From Aplysia californica (taxonomy: Eukaryota), in contig NW_004798227.1 in NCBI RefSeq assembly GCF_000002075.1, forward strand, positions 39,173 to 103,172: 64,000 nucleotides of DNA, written 5' to 3'. Under the pieces are notes generated by a model. The model did not search any database and was not told where the DNA came from. It saw nothing but the letters and a program-made list of their open reading frames with translations. Both the position numbers and the translations under genes were made by a program. Within the stretch, counting starts at the first letter, position 1. Each line of letters opens with the position of its first letter. Positions 28,557 to 39,451 of this stretch are shown piece by piece.

Positions 28557-29583
28557 TGTGTCTCATCCAAGATGTAACAACTTCATGCTGTTGAGTTATA
28601 AAGTCAAGAGTTACAAAATCGCTGATTTGAAATCATATACTATTAGTGTAGTTTTAGTAAGAGTTTTACAGCACTTGCAACACAATAAGGTCAGATAAGG
28701 GCCCAAAAGATTAGAGGGGTTACAAGAGAGTAACAAACACAAAAAAGGAGGATGAGAGATCATGACGATAGATAATTGATAGGACAGAAAGAGCAAACAA
28801 CACCAGAGCAACTGCCAACCACCCACAATCATATACTATAATAATTGAATATCATAAGGCCCTTATAATAGCTTTATCAATAGATGCAAACATGCATTGC
28901 TAATTAAATTAGCTTGAACAAGACTTTTATTTGCACTCAATAGTCTAAAGTGAGAGAAACTGAGAGCTTGAGAATGGAAAAATATGTGTGTGTCTGAGAA
29001 AAGGGTCCACATGTGCAATATTTCACTAAATGGTGGTATAGATATTTGCATTTCTGCAACGCCTAACCTATCCAGGTGATTCTGGCCTTGTAAAATTTTT
29101 CATATGTTTACATCTCAATAAGTTTTTGAGGTATGGTCACTTTTGTGAGTGAGGGGTGCACCAACTTCTTTTAAGAAAACTGATTTCGTGTGTATTTTTA
29201 AACCTCAAGAGATCATGCATACTGATCTCTTTAAAATAAATTAAGCTGGCCTTTTTTGTAATATAATTAAGCAATGCTGGTATCACAGGGCGAGCAAATG
29301 TTCAGTAAAACGATGAATCAAAGACAAAATAATAACACTGATTTATAATACAGAAATTATAATGAATTGTGAAAGATATTTTCAAGGTCAAGGTGCGACG
29401 TCAGCAGTGGGCACCAGTAATCGGACGGTTAGGGATAAGCTTTACCTCCATTTCTATATCCAGCGGTTACAAATCCATGTGTACCTAACCGTCAATAGAC
29501 AACGGAGCTCAAAATGAAAATAATGGTGAATATGGAGTTCTAAAAATATGATTTTTCATGTTCCCCATTTTCTTAAATTAAGC

Positions 29584-29631
<48 letters not shown>

Positions 29632-31029
29632 ATCTCCGAACCCTAAATGTTCAGTTTGATACACACATGATATAAATATTCAGTAAAGCCCAATCCTGAT
29701 AAAAAAATGTTCCGTCATTTATTTTGGCACTCAATAAATGATCAGAATGCCCAATATTTAAGGTTTACTATGTAAAAATTCACCAAGAGTTTTACATCCA
29801 GGTTATCAAAAGTTGCATGGTGGATTATCGCTGTGCGTAAATTCAGAAGGAAAAAAAAGGGTGCCCATTAATTTGTTGGTCTATCGCTATGTTTGTGGTT
29901 CAATTGACAGCCTACAGCTAGATCGTACTGACAACTGGTTTAGTTGCCGTCTACGCAAATATTTGTCGTCTACTCAGTGGACCCGTCTCAATTTGTAACA
30001 AGGATTAGTTTAATTCACAGGCTTGGGACTATTATTGGCCCATAAAGAAATATTTTGCTTGGTGGTTGTAGTCTTTCCCTCTAGGGCTACCTATGTTTAT
30101 ACAGGCTAGCAGACTGCCATTTGCGCATTAAAAATGTTGGTCCTGTCCTCTAGTCAATTGATGTCATGCTTAATTTTGTCAGACGTATATCGCTGCAAAA
30201 TCCTCTGATGTGATTATATTATCCATGAACTAGGAGTCAACATCATCCAAACTGGTCACTTGCTTACTTTTCAATTTATAATCTTCATCCCAGCAAAATA
30301 AGCAAGGGCAATTCACCATCCACACACACCATAATTATGCATGAGTAGGCCTAAACACGACCACGTTTGATCTAAATTAAAATTCCTCCAACGCTGTCGT
30401 TACCGTGGCAAATCAGGTAAAACTTACGCAATGCTTGATGACTCGATCAATACACCATGGTCAATTAGTCCTAGAGATTTACGGTAGGCCATCCATATAT
30501 TGTTGTTGGGACAGCACGGTAGACCGGCAACTAAACTAGCACTACAAAAGGACCGCGACCATCAACATTCAGCCCTGTCATCAAGGTCTCCTACGGAACT
30601 CCTTATTCCTACCCCCTCAACCAAAAGGCTAACTAATGATAATTTTTTATCATAAAATTTCATTTTGGTTGAACAAATTTAACAGGTTCAAATATGAAAT
30701 TATTATGTAATGAATTTTATTCTACAGTTAAACTTCAATCACAAACTAGATTCTAGGCCTAGATTCTACCGCTACTAAATTAACTTTTAAATTCTAAATT
30801 CCTAATAAACTACCATTCAGACTTCACTTCTACCACATGAACAAATTAATTTTGACATCAGTTGAGGGAAACTCCTTGTTAGTGACCGAGTGAAGGAGGC
30901 CTAGAGATTCTAGATTCTCTAGACTATGAGGGCCTTTCTAATCACTAATCACAATATCAAAGGTGTGAGATTGGTCTCTCTTTGTTGCTGGAAAAAGGAG
31001 AGTGTTTCGGGTCTACTTACAGATATTTC

Positions 31030-31606
31030 CAAACTAGGCCTTACATAAGGCCGGCTCTATTTCTCCCAACGCTCGGGAAAATAAACTTGAACTCTATTTC
31101 TCCGAACGGTTTCCGTTCTCGAGATTTGTTGATAATTTGCGAATGGAGTGGCACCGCGCGCATATGTTGTGAACGGAGAGGAGGGGGGGTTGAAGGGATT
31201 TTTTTGGGGGGGGTTTACATGAAGGATTTTAGGTTTTGCTTCAGGGGTGACTAAATGCAAAATAGGTTACTGCCAAGGTCGAGCTCTTGTCTCCTCGCAG
31301 TACCTTTTGAACGCATTTTCAAATGAAATATAGCCTAGTCCCGGAACGTTGCCCCAACCACAACTGAAGTATCTGAATATTCAAACATTTAAAAATCTCT
31401 AGACCTAGCTCTCTAGAAATTGACTTCGATACAAAAAATGCTTCTTCCCAGTCCTCGTAGAGGCATAATGGTGATAATGAAAGATGACCGTATGACGCCT
31501 AAATCTCACTCTAATAACCCAAAAATCTCCAGAACGGAAACCGAGAAATAGACGTCTAGAGATCAGGTTTATTTACCCGAGCATTCGGAGAAACAGTCAC
31601 TTCGTA
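31030..31606. mobile_element. Unclassified TIR repeat; rearranged copy at ~39255-40175
   Basis: Inverted ends TTCTCC.AACG.TCGGGAAAATAAACTTGA / TCA.GTTTATTT.CCCG.G..TTCGGAGAA; long blocks shared with 39255-39640 and 39840-40175. Confidence 0.7.
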
Positions 31607-31608
31607 TA

Positions 31609-32687
31609 CAGTGAAACTCGGATTCACCGAGATGAGATTGATTCCCCGTTTTTCTTCTTCTTTAAAATCAATAAAAATAACCCGGATTCAACAAGCACTT
31701 AAATCAGCAAGCTCGGATTCAACGAGGTCGCAGACGTGGCTTCGCTCATTTTTCTCCCAGAACGAACTTTATCTACCGGTATTCCCGGAAACCATCCATT
31801 GCACATGCATCGTGAACCTTAGCCGATTGCATGCGACCAATCAGCGGCCTTTTTTCATACTAACACATGCGTTTTGGCACGCGCACGGGTCTACTCTGGC
31901 ATGTGTCAGGGTTGGATGGGCAGCCTGCACACATGTGGCTGTGTGTGTGTGTCGGGGAGGGGGGCAGAGGCACTAGCGGTCTGGGCATTGAACGTCGCAA
32001 CGCGTCACAGTCTTTTTTCCCCCTGCAACTGATCATTATTACAATGATAAAGCTAGTCTTGACGTAGATCTAGATCTACGTAATGAATTGTGCGCTGGTC
32101 TATGAAATCAAATGTTGCTGTTTGCTAGGCTCTACACAGCAACACAACGTTTTGGTAAACAATGGAGAAGACACAGGAGGCGTGTGTATTTGAACGAGTC
32201 GGTCTTTTTTTTACACAGCTAGGCCTGCTAGAATCTAGAGATCTAGATTCTAGATCTAATAATATTATTTAATATGCAGGCATTTGAGGCAATACTTGTG
32301 ACTTCTCTCTTTATAATACATTACTTGCTCAGCGCCTGTAATTATAAACACAAAACCTCGTGTTTGCTAGATCTATAAAACGAACACTCGGACTCAGATT
32401 CAACGAGATTTTAAGTCAGGCCCGGCGGCGATTGTCAAGATTTCCGCGTTTAATTCCGATCATGTGTGCGTTTTTCATAGCCTCAGGTATGTTTCGCTTT
32501 GGTCTCTAACCCTAACCCTGGTCAGGGTTAGGGTTTGGGTTAGGGTCAGGGTTTGGGCTTGGGTTAGGGTTAGGGTTAGGGACCAAAGCGAAACATACCT
32601 GAGGCTATGAAAAACGCACATCGGAATTAAACGCGGAAATCTTGACAATCGCCGGCCCGGCGACCTCATTGAATCTGAGTTCCACTG
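31609..32687. mobile_element. Tc1/mariner-pogo (Tigger)-type MITE
   Basis: TA-flanked TIRs CAGTGAAACTCGGATTCA...TGAATCTGAGTTCCACTG; internal CTCGGATTCAAC repeats. Confidence 0.8.
32427..32653. mobile_element. Palindromic MITE (Merlin- or MULE-like) containing telomeric repeats, nested in the element above
   Basis: ~90-bp inverted arms starting GGCGATTGTCAAGA; 8-bp TSD GGCCCGGC (32419-32426, 32654-32661); core of CCCTAA/TTAGGG and variants. Confidence 0.85.
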
Positions 32688-33060
32688 TATACAACTTCAC
32701 AACATAATTGCAATGACAGGCTGGACATCAGCAAATTCAGCTCAATCATATAATAGGGCCTAGGCTATAACATTTTTAAATATTGGTGATCATGGTAATG
32801 GTGATACACTCAATAGTACTCTGACACTGGAACTGACACTGATTTGAACAGATTTTATAGATTCTAGGCTACTGCTGTAAAGTCCAAGAAATTCGACGAC
32901 AATCTTGAAAACAAATTCAATATCAAAGTCAATGTGCATGCTCTTATTCTTATAATATAGATCTAGATCTAGATCTAGATCTAAGTCTCACATTTTCAGA
33001 TCAATTGCAAAGCAGAGGAGACAGAGACGGAGACACACTTGGCTTCTCTCCCTAGCCTAC

Positions 33061-33230
33061 CTGACGAGCAGCACAAGTGATCAAATGATTGCACCGGACT
33101 GAGTGTTTACGTTCAAGGAGGCTCCGTAATCCTGCCCAGCACCCGGGTGCATTTCCTGTAACAAATTTTGCCCGACATGCTGACTACGTCATTTTTATTT
33201 TTGTTTACTTGCCGACATGGCGTCTTCTGT
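33061..33230 (-). promoter_or_regulatory. Probable non-coding first exon / TSS region of SLC30A9
   Basis: Minus-strand donor CAG|GTAGGC at 33061/33060; locally CpG-rich; YY1-like ACATGGCG near 33215. The ATG exon has its own acceptor (28588-28590), so an upstream exon is expected. Confidence 0.4.
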
Positions 33231-34239
33231 GAATCCTGTGATTTCAGAGTATCATGTCGAAGTCGGCTCAATGTTTGTAAGCTTTCATTGTTTTCAAGAA
33301 GTTTTGAATAAAAGGAAAGACTATCTTGGTGAAAAATGGGTAAGGCCATCTACGGTATTTTTTGCCCAGCATCCGGGCAAATATAGTGCCCGGTATCCGG
33401 GACCCGACACATTGCTGCCGGCTGAATTCTACCAATGTGCCCGGTATCCGGAGGTATCTTTGTCTTTAGTGCCTCTTGTCTTCAAATATGAGTGCAGTGA
33501 ACAGTAGAACCAATACATTCTCCTCAGGGATCTTATGATACTTTTAACTAATTAATTTTTGTCTGCCTAGACACTTAATTTTTATGTAGAGAGGTTTGGG
33601 TGGAGTGAGGAGCGACATGCAGTTCAAATACCCGGTATATTTTCTTCTATGACACATCAAGGTTGGCACTGGCATCTGTATATTTAAAAAAATCTCAATT
33701 GAGTGTTGAGATGTTTTTAAAAGTGTTTTTACTATTTTAAATATTTGATCTGGGTAAGCCTAAGGGGACAATTGGACACTGGATGAAGACAATACATATA
33801 TCTTTTTGTAATCATTCAAATTAAATTTCATTTCTTTGGGTAGGGCCTTAGTTAGTAAATATAGTATTGGATAGGCTATATTATAATACTATATATAGCC
33901 ATAGCAATGATCTTTTCATTATATAAAATGTCTCTCTATAACAGAACCTGTATTAGGATGCACAATAATATAATAAATATAGGCCTATATATTTCAAACT
34001 TGCTTTTTTGTCCTTAATTTTCAACTATTCTGTATATTACACGGGCGGATTATTTTTCTTTTCTTTTCTAAACTGCTCATGCATTGATTATTCCTGAACC
34101 TGAACAGGTTTAGTAATAAATCATAAAAATGTATCACCACACGACTGGAATCAAGCGCTCACGAGATATTTGCGATTGCTGTCGAGCGGGTCACCATAAT
34201 GTCATGCGAGAAAAAAATTGCCAAGAAATATATATATAT

Positions 34240-34290
<51 letters not shown>

Positions 34291-35004
34291 TATAGGCGTC
34301 AAAGTTTGGTGATTTATTTCCAAAGCTTGATGTCCTTGAAAAGTGCGAAAAAAATTGCAATTTTTGTACCTTTTAATCAATGTTTTTCTGTAGAATTCAC
34401 ACTGAAATTAATTTTTAAAAGGACATGATTTATAAGCGTGTTAAATTGGGGCCTCCCTCAAAAATTGATAAAAATTGCCCAAAGAGCGAAAAATGTCCAT
34501 TTCGTTGGTTTCATTATTTTGGTGAGTGCCTGATTTCACGACATACGATGTCACACAAAATTAAATTAAAAGTGCGCTAGGTCTGTATCTGCATGACAAT
34601 GTAATCTTCAAGGTGTGATAGTTGATCAATCTTTTCTTTCTGTTCTTTCACTTGTTTTTTTTTTGTTGGTTTTTTTAGGTCAAAGGAAAGAACCTGAGAA
34701 CAATTGCAAAGATGAATGCCCGGATAACTAATCCAGCCTTGCATTATAAAGCAGATTTTCAATATTCCTTTATTGATATGGTGTGCGTTCATGGTGGAAC
34801 ATTCAAGTCAAAATCATCATGCAATAAAACCTCGTAAGTACATGGCAGTTAACCGTTAGTTGGCAATAACAATACTCTCAACCAAGATCGACATGCCTTC
34901 CATTCGCACAAATATTTGTATCTGCTATAATTTCTTTCTTTTTTTTTTTTTTTTTGGGGGGGGGGGGGTACCGTAGGGCCAAATAAATTCTAGGAGCTAA
35001 AGTA

Positions 35005-35803
35005 CAGTGGAAACCATATATATAACCGGCCCGGTAATAACAGGGATCCGGTAATAACCGGGATTTTTAAAATTCCCGATTTTTCCTGCTCTTTGTCTCT
35101 ATTAAAAGTTATCGGCAATAACAGGGCCTCATCGGAGCCCGACCGGTTATAGAAGGGACAAAGGCTCGTTAACAATGTGTATGTAAAAAGAAAGAGAAAG
35201 AGAGAGTAACGCAGTGATGGAGCAAGCACACGCAAGCCATGCCACTGCAAGGACACGCAGCGTGTGAAGCGAGATGAGGGCTGCAGTGTGCTGCAGACCT
35301 CGATCTAGCCCGAAACCTAGCAACACGCACGCGTAATGTGTCTACTATCACCAACGATGTCAAGCGCAAGAAAAAATGCCTTTCAATTGACAAAAAAACC
35401 CAGAAATAATCCAGGCTGTTGACAAAAAGCAAGCTCCACGGGCAGAGATTTGTCGTCCGTTCGACATTCCACAAGGGTCGATTCACACCATTATCAAGGA
35501 TAGAGCGAAAATAGTGGCAGCGTACTCCAATGGAAAGTTTGCTCTGAATCGAAAGAAGATGAGACTACCCGATGCAGATGCTGTGGACCAAGCTCTTTTG
35601 ATGTGGTTTAAGGAGGCAAGGAGAAAGTTGGTGCCAAAACCCCTGTTCGCGGGTACTTGTGGCAAGAGAAACTACCCATGAATAAGTACAGTTGGATTAG
35701 TCTACAAATGCTTACTTTCCTTGCATTTCTGATTTAACAGGGATCGGATATAACAGGACATTTTCTCTACTCCCACCATCCCTGTTATATCAGGTTTCCA
35801 CTG
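35005..35803 (+). mobile_element. Internally deleted pogo/Tigger element with a CENP-B-type HTH remnant
   Basis: TA-flanked TIRs CAGTGGAAACC...GGTTTCCACTG; KRKKKCLSIDKK..(fs)..IPQGSIHTIIKDRAKI..NRKKMRLPDADAVDQALLMWFKEAR. Confidence 0.85.
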
Positions 35804-36574
35804 TAGTTTCAAATTGCTCAATATTTAAGAATCTATTTAATTAAATGGACAACAGCTCTTTATATTTCCACCTCTCGCCCTGCACGCTCTTGAACTTTGA
35901 ATTGAATTTGCATTAAAGGTTGTCCTGAGAAAATATTTATTATAACAAATATAATGCCTGCATGCTCAGTTTTTCTAAGTAAACTTAAACTTAATGAAAT
36001 AATGGCTCCTTTAACTTTAAAAAAGTAAAAAAAAGAAATGGCAAAAGTTGTTTTATCCTTTGTTTCAGGTCCAAAAAGTTAAACTGCCCTGCAAAGATAA
36101 AATTGGTAGCCAAACGAGACAAGGATGTATTGCTTGTGACAGCCTGTTGTCTGGATCATAATCATCAACTTTTTATGCCTTCTGGTAAACCGTTTGCAGT
36201 ATTTGTGTTGTTTGACAATTCTTTATTTTTTAAAAACCTTCAATTTAAATTTACCACAATTAACTCTTATTTACATTTTAGTAAGATGAGAAAGATGAAT
36301 AGATTGTTCTTTATATGATCTTTCTAAGAGACTTCTAGTTCACCCATGGTTTGCTACGATAAAAAAGGCTAAGCCTGTAAGTGAACCACATGATATGAAT
36401 AATTTAAAGTGCATCTATTTCAACAACCCCCCCCCCCCCCCCCCCAAAGAAACGCATAAAAAATTATAAATACATGTATACATCTAGATAATAATGTATA
36501 CATCTAGATAAGAAAACAAATAAATGAATGGATGGATGGATGAATGAATTAAACTAAAAATAGATTAATAAATA

Positions 36575-37433
36575 CAGTCGAACCTGCCCTGACGGTCACC
36601 TCTATAAGACGACCACCTGTACAAACGGCCACTTTCCATTTCCCCCCTTGCGTTTTTTCTATATAATTTAACTGTGTAAAACGAGCACCTGTCCAACGCG
36701 GCCGCGGCCACAATAATTTAACACACAACCCCTATAATACTAAACAATAATACCTGTCTAAGACGGTCACCTTAGTGATAGTGACTCCATTACGTTTTGT
36801 CATAAATTGTGCATTGGCCTCTGGCGTTGTGGGCGAGCCGTCATAATTCAATCACCTGTCGTTGTTGTTAGGTAGTCCCTCCAACCGATCATTTTGCGTA
36901 GGCCCCTCCCACTGTTGACCAATAGCTACCAATTTTCAGCTGCTGGTGAGGTAAGCGTGTGATCCGTCATAACCTAGACGGTCAGAGATAGTATAAGAAC
37001 GTATAGGTCATAACCCATAAGCCCCGCCCAGAACTCATACACAAATCGTAAGTGAGATGAGTGGTTACTGTTTACCCAGTCTGTAACAAAGTAACAAAGG
37101 ACGTCAACATGAACTTGTTACAGAAGCGTCCCTCGTTCACCGAGTGGTGGCGACCCATGTGTTTGTTTTAACATGGCACTCCTTGTTTGATACATTTCGT
37201 TTTATTGTCACCATTGTGCAAAATCAGCGACAAAATAAAAATTACAAACGAAGTACAAACCAACAGCAACAACACTAACAAAGACAACAACAATGCAGTT
37301 ACTTTCGATTGGGGCCTCAGAGGGGAATGGTTTGTTTCCTTTATCTTTATCAGTCCTGCCTAAGACGGCCACCTGTCTTATACGGCCACTTTTCTCCTTG
37401 ACAATGGGTGGCCGTCTTACACAGGTTTGACTG
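36575..37433. mobile_element. Tigger/pogo-type MITE, long copy 1
   Basis: TA-flanked TIRs CAGTCGAACCTG...CAGGTTTGACTG; collinear with 43223-44037. Confidence 0.9.
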
Positions 37434-39126
37434 TATATGTAGCCTTTAAGTAAATGCAGTCATGGAGGCATTAAGCAGTTTTAACCCTATAAATCTGGGC
37501 CACACAGGCTTAGTGTTAGTGGAATACAGCATTCAAGCATCAAGAAAGAGAGATGGTCCACTCTCCCCCGCCCCCCCCCCAAAAAAAAACCCCCAAACAA
37601 AACAAAAACAAACAAAAAACATCAGAAAAGAGAAGAAAGAAAGAAAAGAAAAGAATGAAAAACAATAATAAGTAAATAAGAAATAATCAAGAATGAAAAG
37701 AAAAAAAATCAACCACAATCAATAGATCTAAATGAATTAAAAATTAACCTATCAATAAATAAATAGATAATAAATTTGAGAAAATCTACCGATAAATCAA
37801 TAAATTGAAAAAAACAATGGAATTAAACTTATTACAGTCGACTCTGCTTGCGTTAATCTTTGGTTAGGGCCTTTTTTTCCCCCTCGGGTCTCCAGCTCTT
37901 GCTCTTCTTTACAGGTCCCAACGGTCAAGTTGAACTTCTTTGGATGCGTTGTCCCCCCCCCCCCCCCCTTTCCCCCAATGACATCAACTCATCCGTAGGG
38001 GCCTAGTCAACTGAATGGCTTTTTTATGAATAAGGTAGAGAGTAAAATTGTAAGTCAAATTGTTTTTGGCCTACAGTCCCATGTTCAGCTGGAGGTGGCC
38101 CCTTTAGGCTAACTAATCCACTGTCCAGTCCTAGCAACAAGCAGTATGTCATAATTTTGNNNNNNNNNNNNNNNNNNNNNNNNNNNNNNNNNNNNNNNNN
38201 NNNNNNNNNNNNNNNNNNNNNNNNNNNNNNNNNNNNNNNNNNNNNNNNNNNNNNNNNNNNNNNNNNNNNNNNNNNNNNNNNNNNNNNNNNNNNNNNNNNN
38301 NNNNNNNNNNNNNNNNNNNNNNNNNNNNNNNNNNNNNNNNNNNNNNNNNNNNNNNNNNNNNNNNNNNNNNNNNNNNNNNNNNNTGAATGTGGATCACTTT
38401 GTTTTGTTAAAAAAGGAACGTGGAGAGCGCTCCTGCCGTAATATTAAGCTAGGCTATTGTAGAAACTGCTCTCTTCAACGACTTTTTTTGTGCGTGTTAA
38501 TCGTGGAAAAAGTACACCCGAATGCCGGATAAAACTTTGTTTAAAGGTGCCCGGATGCCGGGATTTTGTCGTGCTTCTTGCGTGCCCGGCTGTCGGGCAA
38601 CATTTTCTGCGATAATGGAACAACTCTTTTATCTTCCGTCGAACAAAACTTCCAGAGTACTTCCCCTTGCAAAATAATGAAAATTGCCAAGTTGCACATG
38701 CAGATCATTTAACCGATTGGTTGGCCTAATTTTCTATTTTACTGTTACTGTGGTTGTAGCAGTAGAGAGCAGGCTAGTCAATGCACACATTTCTATCAAA
38801 GCAAATTTTATTGTAGCAATCATAATTTATTTACTGCACTGTTGGCAATGATACTACCCAATGTGTTCTAATATTCAGTAAACTGCCTACAGCTGTACTG
38901 AAGAGGCCCCTCTAGACTGCCTATAAAAAAGCTAACACATATAAACAAATTAAACAGAAATTTACGGAAAACGAAATTAATAGATCGCTTTTTCTTTTCC
39001 TCCCGGAGTCCCTCAAGGCTACAATCTAGATCTATATCTAGATCTAGAATCTAGAAGTCTAGTACACTTGTTGACTCAACAAGAATTGTTAGTTCTACCG
39101 TTGCAGTTTTTGACATTTGGTCAAGT

Positions 39127-39379
39127 ATGCTCACAGTGGTCTCCTACCTCTTCAGTCTTCTTTTGAAGAGACGATCTAACGCATTTCTACACGCAAATGG
39201 TGAATTAATTACTTTTGTCACATATCATTGACTTGGTCTTGTCATTTTAATTAGGCCGGCTCTAGATCTAGATCTAGAATCTATTCTCCGAACGTTCGGG
39301 AAAATAAACTTGAACTTTATTTCTCCGAACGGTGTCCATTCTCGAGATTTGTTGTATAATGCGAATGGACGGAGTGACC

Positions 39380-39451
<72 letters not shown>

